A stretch of 55,506 nucleotides of DNA from Vulcanimicrobiota bacterium (GTDB lineage Bacteria > Vulcanimicrobiota > Vulcanimicrobiia > Vulcanimicrobiales > Vulcanimicrobiaceae), in the NCBI GenBank assembly GCA_003135555.1, contig PLCF01000079.1, positions 1 through 55,506 of the forward strand. The letters are read 5' to 3'. The position numbers and the translations under genes were made by a program. Positions 19,950-29,449 of the stretch are shown here, piece by piece. The notes beneath the pieces were generated by a model. It ran no database searches, was not told the origin of the DNA, and saw only the letters and a program-made list of their open reading frames with translations. Position 1 is the first letter of the stretch; each line of letters opens with the position of its first letter.

Positions 19950-20645
19950 GTGGCGGCGGTGATCGACGACCTCGTCGCCGCCAACCGTATCCTGGCGCGT
20001 GAAGGCGTCGTCGACGGTTTCGGCCATGTCAGCGTGCGCGATCCGCGCGATCCCGCGCGCTACCTGTTGGCGCGCAGCATGGCCCCGGCACTGGTCACGC
20101 CGAGCGACGTCATCTGCTACGACCTCGACAGTACCGCGCTCGACGCCGGCGAGCGCACGAGCTACGCCGAGCGTTTCATCCACGGCGCGATCTACCAGGC
20201 GCGGCCCGACGTGAACGCGGTGGTGCACTCGCACACCCCGGCGGTGATCCCGTTCGGTGCCACGGCCGTCGCGTTGCAGCCGATCTTTCACATGGCCGCG
20301 TTCTTGGGCGCCGGCGTTCCGCTCTTCGAGATTCGCGACGCTGCCGGGAGCGCGACGGATCTGCTGGTGAAGACGCAGCCGCTCGGTGAAGCGCTGGCGC
20401 GCACGCTCGGCAGCGCGAACGTCGCGTTGATGCGGGGCCACGGTATGGTCGCGGTCGGCGGGTCGATCCCCGAAGCGGTGTTTCGCGCCTACTACACCGG
20501 CCAGGACGCGCGGCTGCAGGCCGACGCGATGCGGATGGGCACGCCGAACTACCTCACCCCAGACGAGGCTCGCAGCGCGACGCAGACCATGGCCGCGCTG
20601 GTTTCACGCAGCTGGGAGCTGTGGAAACACGCGATCACGCCTTAG
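19950..20645 (+). CDS. Class II aldolase/adducin family protein
   Basis: GFGHVSVR, ERFIHGAIY, VVHSH, LMRGHG. Confidence 0.9.
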   Translation: MAAVIDDLVAANRILAREGVVDGFGHVSVRDPRDPARYLLARSMAPALVTPSDVICYDLDSTALDAGERTSYAERFIHGAIYQARPDVNAVVHSHTPAVIPFGATAVALQPIFHMAAFLGAGVPLFEIRDAAGSATDLLVKTQPLGEALARTLGSANVALMRGHGMVAVGGSIPEAVFRAYYTGQDARLQADAMRMGTPNYLTPDEARSATQTMAALVSRSWELWKHAITP

Positions 20646-20686
20646 GGGAAGTCCCGATCGTGCCTCCGGCGAACGTTGCAGGAGAC

Positions 20687-21856
20687 ATGCTCGACCAGCA
20701 GCTTGCAACGGTGACCGCGACGATCCGCGACATGGCGCGCTCGGGGATCCGCGAGGTGATGGACGCCGCGTGGCAGGTTCCCGGCGCGATCATCTTGGCG
20801 GTAGGGGAGCCGAACTTCCCGACCCCGGCCCACGTCATCGATGCCGCCGACGCGGCGGCGCGGGCCGGCAAGACCGGCTACGTCTCCAACGCCGGGATCT
20901 TCGAGCTGCGCGAAGCGCTCGCCGCCAAGGTTTGTTCGCGCAACGGCTACGACGTCGGCGCGGACGAGGTCGTGGTGACCAGCGGCGGCGTCGAAGGCCT
21001 CTTCGCGGCGCTCTCCGCGCTGCTCGACCCCGGCGACGGCATCTTGCTGCCTGATCCGGGCTGGCCGAACTTCGTGATGATGGCGCAGATGCTGCGCGCG
21101 CGCATCCGCGCCTACCCGGTGGTGCCGGCGAACGACTTTCTGCCGACGGTGCCGGACTTGGAACGGCTCTGCGACAGCGGCACGAAAGTGCTGTTGCTGA
21201 ACTCGCCGTCGAACCCGCTCGGCGCGGTGATCGATCGCGAACGCATGCACGGGATCGCCGCGTTCGCGGCGGCGCGCGGACTATGGATCGTCTCCGACGA
21301 GTGCTACGACGCGACGCTGTTCGACGAGCGTTTCGTCAGCGCCGCCGCCGTCGCCGGCCTGGAGCGCACGATCTCGATCTACACGTTTTCCAAGACCTAC
21401 GCGATGACCGGTTGGCGCGTCGGCTACGTGACGGCACCGCCGCGCGCGATCGAGCAGATCGCCAAGCTGCAAGAGCCGCTGATCTCGTGCGTGAACGCGC
21501 CCGCGCAGTACGCGGCGCTGGCCGCCTTGACCGGCCCCCAAGACGTGGTCGCGCAGATGAACGCGGCGTACCGCGAACGGCGTGACGAGGTCTGCCGCCG
21601 GCTTGCGGCCGCCGGCGTGCCTGCGCTGCCGCCCAGCGGTGCGTTCTACGTGTGGGCCGACGTTCGCGCGAGCGGGATGCCCAGCCGCGACTTCGCCTTC
21701 GCACTGCTGCGCGAGCGCGGCGTCGCGATCGCGCCCGGAACCGCCTTCGGACCCGGCGGCGAAGGCTTCGCGCGCATCTCGCTCGCCACCGAGCCCGCCG
21801 CGCTGTATGAGGGGATCGACCGGATCATTGCAGCCTTGGCAGGCGCGCCGCCCTAG
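20687..21856 (+). CDS. Class I/II PLP aminotransferase
   Basis: GEPNF, NSPSNPLG, SDECY, FSKTYAMTGWRVG. Confidence 0.92.
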   Translation: MLDQQLATVTATIRDMARSGIREVMDAAWQVPGAIILAVGEPNFPTPAHVIDAADAAARAGKTGYVSNAGIFELREALAAKVCSRNGYDVGADEVVVTSGGVEGLFAALSALLDPGDGILLPDPGWPNFVMMAQMLRARIRAYPVVPANDFLPTVPDLERLCDSGTKVLLLNSPSNPLGAVIDRERMHGIAAFAAARGLWIVSDECYDATLFDERFVSAAAVAGLERTISIYTFSKTYAMTGWRVGYVTAPPRAIEQIAKLQEPLISCVNAPAQYAALAALTGPQDVVAQMNAAYRERRDEVCRRLAAAGVPALPPSGAFYVWADVRASGMPSRDFAFALLRERGVAIAPGTAFGPGGEGFARISLATEPAALYEGIDRIIAALAGAPP

Positions 21857-21863
21857 CGACGCG

Positions 21864-22913
21864 ATGAGGCTGCGAGCACTCGTCGCGCCGGCGCTTGCCT
21901 GCGCGCTCGTTTCGTTCGCGGCGCCGTTGCGCGCCGAGCCTTCCGCGGTGGTGGCGGGTCACGCGGTCGTTGCCGGTCACGCGGTCGCGTTCGTAAAGGT
22001 ACGCCTGGGCGCGGTACGGATCCGGATCGGTCTGGCGGGCGGGCGCCCGGGGCACGTAGAGCCGCTCGCCGAGATCGCGCGGCGGTTCGGCGCGTTTGCG
22101 GCGATCGACGGCGGCGCGTTCGAAGCGTACGGCAACGACGTCGTGCGCAATCCGAACCATACGCTGATCAGCGGCGGGGACCTGACCTTCAAAGGCGACC
22201 TCGGCGACGTGCTGTATTTCGATGCGGACAACAACGCTGCGATCGACCGGATCCCGTTGCGCATCGAGGGCGCGCTCGACGGCAGCTACGGCTGGCCGAA
22301 CAACTGGTTCGCGTATTGGATCAACCGCTATCCGCGCGGACCATCGAACACCATCACCATCTTCACGCCGGCGTGGGGCGAGCGCACGGGCCTGGGCGGT
22401 GGTCCGCAGATGCAGGTCGCCGACGGCGTGGTGACCGCCATCAACGACAGCTCGACGATCATCCCGCGTCACGGCTACGTCATCTATTTTCGCGGCGAGC
22501 GCGCCGCGGCGTCGCACTTCCGGGTAGGACGCCGGGCCGAGTACCGCATCGTGCGCGGCGACGGCCTGCCGCTGGGCGCGTTCGCCCGCGCGCGCGAGGC
22601 GATCGGCAGCGGACCGCGGCTCGTCACCGACGGCCGCGTGACGGTCGATCCGGCGGCGGAGGGGTTTCGCGATCCGAAGATCCTGGTCGCTTCGGCGGCG
22701 CGCAGCATCGTGGGGCTCTCGCGCGACGGCTGGCTCATCATGGCGACGTCGAGCGGAACGACGCGCCAGATGGCCGACGTCGCGCTGGGTCTGGGGACGT
22801 ACCAGGCGATGCTGCTCGACGGCGGCGCATCGTCGGGGCTGTGGTATCGCGGCCGCTACGTGACCGTGCCGGGCCGGCCGCTGAGCAACGCGCTGCTGGT
22901 GCTGACGCACTAG
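21864..22913 (+). CDS. Phosphodiester glycosidase (NAGPA-like) family protein
   Basis: Signal peptide; GSGPRLV, ARSIVG, AMLLDGGASS motifs. Confidence 0.8.
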   Translation: MRLRALVAPALACALVSFAAPLRAEPSAVVAGHAVVAGHAVAFVKVRLGAVRIRIGLAGGRPGHVEPLAEIARRFGAFAAIDGGAFEAYGNDVVRNPNHTLISGGDLTFKGDLGDVLYFDADNNAAIDRIPLRIEGALDGSYGWPNNWFAYWINRYPRGPSNTITIFTPAWGERTGLGGGPQMQVADGVVTAINDSSTIIPRHGYVIYFRGERAAASHFRVGRRAEYRIVRGDGLPLGAFARAREAIGSGPRLVTDGRVTVDPAAEGFRDPKILVASAARSIVGLSRDGWLIMATSSGTTRQMADVALGLGTYQAMLLDGGASSGLWYRGRYVTVPGRPLSNALLVLTH

Positions 22914-22932
22914 AACGGCGCCGCGATCAGGC

Positions 22933-25900
22933 TCAGTGAAAATTGCGGGCGCGCACCTTCTCGGTGCTGCCTTGGGTGTCGAGCGGCCAGCAGCGCTTCA
23001 TGATCAGGTCGATGCAGCCGTGCTCTTTCTGCAACACGCCTTCGACGATGAGGCACTGCGCGCTGCGGATCGTGCGGCGGTTGCGTTCGTAGACGTCGGG
23101 CCGCACGATCACGTTCACGATGCCCGTCTCGTCCTCGATGGTGAGGAACACGAAACCCTTGGCCGTGCCGGGGCGCTGGCGGGTGATGACCAGGCCGCCG
23201 ATCTTGCACACGAGATTGCTCGGCATCCCGGGCAAACGGGAAGCCGCGAGCACGTTGTGCGCGTCGAGGAAAGGCCGCACGTGCGCGATCGGCTGTACGT
23301 CGCTCACGCCGGTGGCGTCGATGTCGAGGGTCGTGCGCTCGACCGCGGTCAACGCGCGCAGCGTGGGCGCGGGCTCGTCCACGATCTCCATCGCACGGCC
23401 CAGCTCGCCGCGCGCTTCGCGCTCGTCGAGGCCGCGCAGCGCCCACATCGCGTCGCGCCGGGTCGGGTACCAGTGCGCGAACGCTCCGGCCGCGGCGAGG
23501 TTCTCGAGCGCGTCGCGCTCGAGACCGGTGCGGCGCGCGAACTCGACGAGTTCGCCGAAGTCACCGCCTTGCGCGAGCGCGCGCTCGAGCCGGTCGCGCT
23601 GGACGTCGCCCATGCCGCGCACCAGATGGAAGCCCAGCCGCAGCGCGCCGTCGTGGTCGACGAAGCTCCACCACTCGCTCTCGTTCACCACGATCGGCTT
23701 GACGGTGACGCCGTGACGGCGCGCGTCGTTGACGAGCACTTCGGTGGAGTAGAAGCCCATCGGCTGCACGTTGAGGATCGCGGCGCAGAATACGGCCGGC
23801 TCGTGACACTTGAGGTACGCCGAGGCATACGCGAGCAGCGCGAACGAGGCCGCGTGCGACTCCGGGAAGCCGTAATCGGCGAAACCTTCGAGCATGTGGT
23901 ACAGCTTGTCGGCGTCCTCGCGCGGGATGCCGTTGTGCGTCATGCCGTCGATCAGCCGCGGATAGAGCTCGATCATGCGCTCGCGCGAACGCTTGTGTCC
24001 CATCGCGCGCCGCAAGCGATCCGCCTCTCCGGCCGAGAATCCCGCCGCTTCCATCGCCATGCGCATCCCTTGTTCCTGGAACAGCGGTACGCCCAACGTG
24101 CGTTCGAGGATCGGCTTGAGGCTGGGATGCGGGTAGGTCACCGGTTCGATTCCGTTGCGGCGGCGCAGGAACGGATGGACCATGTCGCCTTGGATCGGGC
24201 CGGGCCGGATGATCGCGACCTGCATCACGATGTCGTAGAAGCAGTGCGGCTTGAGGCGCGGCAACATCGACATCTGGGCTCGCGACTCAACTTGGAAGAC
24301 GCCGATCGAGTCGGCGCGCTGCAGCATCTCGTAGGTCGGACGGTCGTCGGGTGGGATCGCCTCGAGCGAGAGCGGCGGACGCTCGGGGTAGCGGCGCCGG
24401 CACAGCGCGAACGCGTCGCGCAGCAGCGACAGCATCCCCAACCCGAGCAAGTCGATCTTGATGAGGCCGAGGTCGGAGAGGTCGTCTTTGTCCCATTGCA
24501 CGATCGTGCGGTCGCGCATCGTCGCCCACTCGACCGGCGCGACCGCGACCAGCGGCGAGCGCGTGATCACCATCCCGCCGCTGTGGATCCCCATGTGGCG
24601 CGGGAAGCCGTCGATGCGCCGGCACAGCCGCAGCAGCAGCGCACCGAGCGCACCGCCGACCGGCCCCCGGATGTGCGTGTCGGGGTCGTGCCCGAAGTAC
24701 TCGTCGGCGTCTTGGAAGCCGGGGACGAGCGCACGCCCAGGCGTCGCGGCCGGCGTGTCGTCCCCCCGTGAGTGCAGCACCATCGAGCTGGCGTCGAGAT
24801 CGCGCCGCTTCGCGACCGAGTGCGGCAGCGGCTTCTCCGCGCCGGCGTTCGGAACGCCGAGCGTTCCGGAGAGCGATTCGCGGGCGTCGTACTCGCGCAC
24901 GATCGCATCGACTTGGCCCAGCGTCAGGCCCAGCGCCTTGCCGACGTCGCGGATCGCCGAGCGCGTGCGGTAGGTGATGACCTCCGCGGTCATCGCGGCG
25001 TGCTCGCGGCCGTAGCGCTCGTAGACGTACTGGATCACCTTCTCGCGGTCTTGGTGCGCGAAGTCGATGTCGATGTCGGGGACTTCGCCGCGCTCCTCGC
25101 TCAAGAACCGCTCGAAGAGCAGGCCGCTCGCGACCGGATCGATCGCAGTGATCCCCAGCGCGTAGCAGACCGCCGAGTTGGCCGCCGAGCCGCGGCCTTG
25201 CGCGAGGACGCCGAGGCGCTTCGCGGCGTCAGAGATGTCCCACACGACGAGGAAATATCCGGCCAGATCCATGCGCGCGATGATCCCCAGCTCGTACTCG
25301 AGCTGGCGCTCGACTTTGGGATCGAGCGGTTGGGCGTACCGTTCCTTCGTGCCCGCGTAGACCAGCGTGCGCAGATACGACTGAGCCGACGTCTCGCCCG
25401 GCGGGATCGGGTAGAGCGGAAACTCGCCGTGCAGTTTGTCGAGGCGAAACGTGCAGCGCTCCGCGATCGCCACCGAGTTCGCGAGCGCGAGCGGAAACTC
25501 GGCGAAGAGCCGGGCCATGCGCGCCGCTGATTTCAAGTCGTGCTCGTGGTTTGGCCGCAGCAGCGTCCCGGCGTTCTGCAGCGACGTCGTGTACTTCACG
25601 CACGTCAGCACGTCGCAGAGCTGAGCGTCTTCGCGCGTTGCGTAGGCAACGCCGTTGGTCGCGACATACGGCACGTCGAGCTGCATCGCCAGGCGCACCA
25701 GCGCGCGGATCAGCGCCGGATCCTCGGGCCGAACGTGATGCTGCAGCTCGAGGTAGAAGCGCCCGGGGAAGAGGTCGCGCAAGCGCGCGCCCAGCGCGAC
25801 CGCGCCGGCGCCATCGCGCCGCAGCAGCGCTTTTTCGACCACGCCGTTGCGCCCGCCCGAGAGCGCGACGAGCCCGGCGGTGCGGCCCTCGAGGTCGTCG

Positions 25901-26298
25901 AGCCGCAGGCGCGCGTCGCGCTTGCGCCCCCGCAGCTGGGCCGCCGAGAGCAGCCGCGCGAGGTTGCCGTAGCCCGTCTTGTCGGCGGCGATGAGCACCA
26001 GCCGCGGCGTGTCGGTCGGAACCTCTTTGGCCGGCCGGGCCGGGCGGCTGGCCCGGATCGGTTCCGCGGCCTCGGTTTCCAGCGTCAGCTCCGCGCCGCA
26101 CAGCGCGGCGAACGACGGCACCGCGGCCGCCGCTTTGGCGAAGCGAACGGCGCCGTAGAGGCCGTCCCGATCGGTCAGGGCGATCCCGCGCAGCCCCAGG
26201 CGCAGGCCGTGCTCGACCAGCTCCTCGGGGTGCGAGGAGCCCTCGAGGAAGCTGAAATTCGACCAGCAGTGCAGCTCGGCATACTCGGGCGCGCCCAT
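22933..26298 (-). CDS. dnaE2: Error-prone DNA polymerase DnaE2 (ImuC)
   Basis: YAELHCWSNFSFLEGSSHPEEL, GRGSAANSAVCY, PDIDIDF, C-terminal ARNFH tail. Confidence 0.95.
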   Translation of the reverse strand: MGAPEYAELHCWSNFSFLEGSSHPEELVEHGLRLGLRGIALTDRDGLYGAVRFAKAAAAVPSFAALCGAELTLETEAAEPIRASRPARPAKEVPTDTPRLVLIAADKTGYGNLARLLSAAQLRGRKRDARLRLDDLEGRTAGLVALSGGRNGVVEKALLRRDGAGAVALGARLRDLFPGRFYLELQHHVRPEDPALIRALVRLAMQLDVPYVATNGVAYATREDAQLCDVLTCVKYTTSLQNAGTLLRPNHEHDLKSAARMARLFAEFPLALANSVAIAERCTFRLDKLHGEFPLYPIPPGETSAQSYLRTLVYAGTKERYAQPLDPKVERQLEYELGIIARMDLAGYFLVVWDISDAAKRLGVLAQGRGSAANSAVCYALGITAIDPVASGLLFERFLSEERGEVPDIDIDFAHQDREKVIQYVYERYGREHAAMTAEVITYRTRSAIRDVGKALGLTLGQVDAIVREYDARESLSGTLGVPNAGAEKPLPHSVAKRRDLDASSMVLHSRGDDTPAATPGRALVPGFQDADEYFGHDPDTHIRGPVGGALGALLLRLCRRIDGFPRHMGIHSGGMVITRSPLVAVAPVEWATMRDRTIVQWDKDDLSDLGLIKIDLLGLGMLSLLRDAFALCRRRYPERPPLSLEAIPPDDRPTYEMLQRADSIGVFQVESRAQMSMLPRLKPHCFYDIVMQVAIIRPGPIQGDMVHPFLRRRNGIEPVTYPHPSLKPILERTLGVPLFQEQGMRMAMEAAGFSAGEADRLRRAMGHKRSRERMIELYPRLIDGMTHNGIPREDADKLYHMLEGFADYGFPESHAASFALLAYASAYLKCHEPAVFCAAILNVQPMGFYSTEVLVNDARRHGVTVKPIVVNESEWWSFVDHDGALRLGFHLVRGMGDVQRDRLERALAQGGDFGELVEFARRTGLERDALENLAAAGAFAHWYPTRRDAMWALRGLDEREARGELGRAMEIVDEPAPTLRALTAVERTTLDIDATGVSDVQPIAHVRPFLDAHNVLAASRLPGMPSNLVCKIGGLVITRQRPGTAKGFVFLTIEDETGIVNVIVRPDVYERNRRTIRSAQCLIVEGVLQKEHGCIDLIMKRCWPLDTQGSTEKVRARNFH

Positions 26299-26316
26299 CG
26301 GGACTCCGGAGATACC

Positions 26317-26330
26317 CGAACATACGTTCG
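26317..26330. promoter_or_regulatory. LexA (SOS) box upstream of dnaE2
   Basis: CGAACATACGTTCG, perfect CGAAC-N4-GTTCG, 18 bp upstream of dnaE2 ATG. Confidence 0.85.
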
Positions 26331-26372
26331 ATATCCCGCTTGTACCGCGCTGTGGGATTGCGGTGGTGGTTA

Positions 26373-26432
26373 ACTACTTACACATAGTAATATCACTACC
26401 TTGAAGTAGTTTTAAAACTATGTTAACGTAGT
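26373..26432. promoter_or_regulatory. Three palindromic operators ACTAY-N6-RTAGT at 22-bp period overlapping a sigma70-type promoter
   Basis: Sites at 26373, 26395, 26417; TTGAAG-17-TAACGT with extended TG; AT-rich. Confidence 0.75.
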
Positions 26433-26437
26433 AGTCA

Positions 26438-26773
26438 ATGGCTACCCGCCCTGACGCCCTTTTCGGATCGCTCTTGCGCGAGAGAATCCTGAAGCTGCTC
26501 GTCTTCATCGACCCCGCCTATCCGAGCCAGCTTGCGACGTTGCTCGGCGCGCACCTCATCTCGGTGCAAAATGCGGTCGCAGCGTTGCAAGACCTCGGCG
26601 TCGTCGCGTCGCGCCTCGTGGGCCGAACACGGCTCGTCGAGCTGGATCCTCGATGGTACGCCGCCGCCGAATTGCGTGCTCTCCTCGAACGGCTTGCCGA
26701 AGCGGACGCCGAGATCGGGAAGATTGCGGCGACGGTGCGCCAACGCCCGCGACGACCCGGCAAACCACTATGA
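26438..26773 (+). CDS. Winged-helix DNA-binding protein, probable antitoxin/autorepressor
   Basis: LFGS..R.RIL, YPSQLATLLG, VQNAVAALQDLGVVASR wHTH pattern. Confidence 0.7.
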   Translation: MATRPDALFGSLLRERILKLLVFIDPAYPSQLATLLGAHLISVQNAVAALQDLGVVASRLVGRTRLVELDPRWYAAAELRALLERLAEADAEIGKIAATVRQRPRRPGKPL

Positions 26774-26939
26774 TCCACGCCGGCTCATCGCTCATCGACG
26801 GGGCTTTCGCGGTATGTACGGCGATGGACGCAGCCGGATACACCGCCATACTGTGGCGGTGGAAGCGCAGCAACAGGTCTACGAACGTGGACGCGTCGAC
26901 GCGTTCTTCAAGGCTCTGCGTAAACAAGAATTGAGCTGA
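26770..26939 (+). pseudogene. Frameshifted, internally deleted nucleotidyltransferase-like (toxin) remnant
   Basis: ATGA coupled to wHTH gene; AFAVCTAMDAAGYTAIL then GGGSAAT in a second frame, then a C-terminal-like piece in the third frame. Confidence 0.5.
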
Positions 26940-26965
26940 AACCGGGGATGGCTACGGAGACGGGC

Positions 26966-27742
26966 TCACGTTTCGATCCGCGCCGCCTGATCGGCCTGCG
27001 CGAGCAGCGTTCTCAGCGCGGCGGCGACGACGTCGGGACGATCGAGCATCAGTGCGCCGGTCGATCCGGCGACGACGGTGGCCGTCATGCGCCGCGGCGT
27101 CTTGCGGTCGAGCACGCCCTCACCGACCAGCACCGTGCGATGCGTGACGGCGGCATTGAGCTGCGCCGAGATGGGTTGCGTGATCGCGAGGAGCAATTCC
27201 GCGCTGCGTGCGGCGACCCGTTCGGTTCTGGGGTCGGCCAGCCGAGTTTGCGCCTCCGCGACCAGCGCATCGCTCGCGGCCGCTTCGCCGCCGAGCAACA
27301 GCAGCTGCTTGCGTACGTACGCCACGTCGCCGGCCAGCCGCTGCTGCTTCGACGCACCGTACCGTTGGAGGAGCGATCGCCCGGGCGGCGATCCGATCAC
27401 GGCGCGGAAGACGCGCAGCCAGGCCGTCATGCGCGTAACGAGCAGCGGCGAGAGAAGCACGATCGGCAGGTCCGGATCGACGGCCGCGACGGCCTCGAGT
27501 GCCGGCCGCGCCGCCGAGCCGTGCGCGACGATCCCCGCCGCGCCTGCGAGCAGGCCGGCCAGCGCGTCGCGACAGGTGACGAGCGGGTTCGCGGCGTCGG
27601 CGAGCGCCAGCGTATCGTACTCGACGAACGCGAACTCGGGCGCGGCGGCACGCAACGGGAGCCACGTCTGCGGCCCGCCGAGATAGGGCGCCTCGCCGGT
27701 GACAGCGACGATGCGCGGGCGCGCGTTACTCGGCGACGACAG
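26966..27742 (-). CDS. Hypothetical protein, degenerate alpha/beta-hydrolase-like
   Basis: IVAHGSAA elbow-like segment and LMLDRPDVVAAAL C-terminus; start uncertain (TTG 27655 or CTG 27742). Confidence 0.5.
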   Translation of the reverse strand: MSSPSNARPRIVAVTGEAPYLGGPQTWLPLRAAAPEFAFVEYDTLALADAANPLVTCRDALAGLLAGAAGIVAHGSAARPALEAVAAVDPDLPIVLLSPLLVTRMTAWLRVFRAVIGSPPGRSLLQRYGASKQQRLAGDVAYVRKQLLLLGGEAAASDALVAEAQTRLADPRTERVAARSAELLLAITQPISAQLNAAVTHRTVLVGEGVLDRKTPRRMTATVVAGSTGALMLDRPDVVAAALRTLLAQADQAARIET

Positions 27743-28619
27743 GTTTGATCTCGCCGAAGCGTCCGGCGCGAAAGTCTTCGAACGCGCGCGCGATCTCGTC
27801 GGCCGTGTTCATCACAAAGGGACCGTAGCGCACCATCGGCTCGTTGACGGGACGCGCGCACAGCAGCAGCGCTTCGAGCACCTGCTCGCCGGTGTTTTCC
27901 AGCGCGATCGTGGCGCCGTCGGCGGCGAAAACGGCGTAGTCGCCGCGCCGCACCTCGCGTGAACCGATGCGTCCGGCGCCGTCGAAGACGTACGCGGTCG
28001 CGGTCCAGCCCGCCGGCACCGCCTGCTCGACACGCGCGCCCGGTGCGAGCGTGACGTGAACGTAGCTCCACGGCGTTGCCGTGTGCACCGGCCCCTGCAG
28101 GCCGAAGACGTCGCCGGCGATCACCCGCGCCGTGACGCCGTCCGCCGGGTGCGCGACGGGGATATCTGCGGCGCGCACGTCCTTGTAGCGCGGCGCAAGC
28201 GCTTTGTCAGTGCGCGACAGGTTGACCCAGATCTGAAAGCCGTGCCGCCGCCCGCCGCTGCGCAAGAACGCCTCGCTGGGCATCTCGGAGTGGACGAGCC
28301 CGGCGCCGCCAAGCATGTACTGGGCGTCGCCCGGGCGCAGGGCCCCGTGGTTGCCGTGTGAGTCGAGATGCTCCATCTCGCCCGCCAACAGGTAGGTGAT
28401 GAGTTCGAAGCCCTGATGCGGATGATCGGGCGCGCCTTGCGCCTCGCCCGGTGCGTGCTCCAGCGGCCCCATCTCGTCGAGCAAGAGAAACGGATCGACC
28501 TGTTCGACGCTGCGCGTCGGAAGCGGGCGATGGACCAAGAAGCCGCCGCCTTCGAGCGTGGCTGCGGCGGGGATGACGCGGGCGAGCGAGCGCGTCGCTC
28601 CAGGGCTGTGAACGGACAT
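27726..28619 (-). CDS. Pirin family protein
   Basis: DPFLLLDE, HPHQGFE, HSEMP, GPFVMNT. Confidence 0.93.
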   Translation of the reverse strand: MSVHSPGATRSLARVIPAAATLEGGGFLVHRPLPTRSVEQVDPFLLLDEMGPLEHAPGEAQGAPDHPHQGFELITYLLAGEMEHLDSHGNHGALRPGDAQYMLGGAGLVHSEMPSEAFLRSGGRRHGFQIWVNLSRTDKALAPRYKDVRAADIPVAHPADGVTARVIAGDVFGLQGPVHTATPWSYVHVTLAPGARVEQAVPAGWTATAYVFDGAGRIGSREVRRGDYAVFAADGATIALENTGEQVLEALLLCARPVNEPMVRYGPFVMNTADEIARAFEDFRAGRFGEIKPVVAE

Positions 28620-28677
28620 AGCCTCTCCATAACCGCCGAGCACTCCATTTGGGTGCGCCCGCGGCGATCGTCCGCGC

Positions 28678-29436
28678 CTACGGCTGCGAGGCCGAGCCGA
28701 GCGCCGCCTCGACCAGCGGCAGCACCGTTGCGAGCGCATCCGGTTGTCCGAACACTTCCGGCTTGAAGGTGCACGCCAAGCCCAGCGCCGCGATCGTCCC
28801 GCGTCGCGCGAGAGCGTGCAAAGCCGCCGCGACGGTGTGTATGCCGGGTCCGCCAGGTGCGGGGAAGCGCAGCGGCGGCAGCTCATCCGGGTCGATGACG
28901 TCAACGTCGAGATGAACGTACCACGGCGGCGCGGGCAGCGGCGCGTCGGCCAAGCTCGCGACATCGGTGATGGTGCGCACCGCCGAACCATCCAGAAGAT
29001 CGCGCTCCGCCGGGTCGAGATCGCGCGCGCCCGCGAGCAGACAGTCCGCCTCGGCGACGGGTTGCAGACCGATCGACCGCGTGAACGATGTGCCGGCCCG
29101 GCCGACCAGGAGCGCGAGCGCCATTCCGCCCAGGTAGCCGCTCCGCGTCGTGCGCGGCGTGTTGAAGTCGCCGTGCGCGTCGAGCCAGATGACGGCGGGC
29201 GCGATGCCGCGCCGCTGCAGGCCGGCGACGACGGCGAGCGCGGTCGTGCAATCGCCGCTCGCCACGACGACCGGCTCGGCGTTCGCCGCGACGCGCGCAG
29301 CGACGCCGTCATAGAGGCGCTCGAGCATCGCGCCGGCCGGCCCTTTCGACACGACCACCGCGTCGTCGGCGGCGAACGCGTCGGCCAGGCGCGGCAACGG
29401 CTCGGCGTGATGGTACGGAACGAGGATTCGTCTCAC
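28678..29436 (-). CDS. Arginase family protein
   Basis: SGDC, WLDAHGDFN, HLDVDVIDP. Confidence 0.85.
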   Translation of the reverse strand: MRRILVPYHHAEPLPRLADAFAADDAVVVSKGPAGAMLERLYDGVAARVAANAEPVVVASGDCTTALAVVAGLQRRGIAPAVIWLDAHGDFNTPRTTRSGYLGGMALALLVGRAGTSFTRSIGLQPVAEADCLLAGARDLDPAERDLLDGSAVRTITDVASLADAPLPAPPWYVHLDVDVIDPDELPPLRFPAPGGPGIHTVAAALHALARRGTIAALGLACTFKPEVFGQPDALATVLPLVEAALGSASQP

Positions 29437-29449
29437 CGCACCGCGGCCG

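Noticed and set aside
24640..24870. Intein in DnaE2
   Set aside because: Too short and lacks N-terminal Cys/Ser block and His-Asn C-terminus
26373..26432. Regularly spaced repeats as a mini-CRISPR
   Set aside because: 22-bp period leaves only 6-bp gaps; no cas genes; operator geometry fits better
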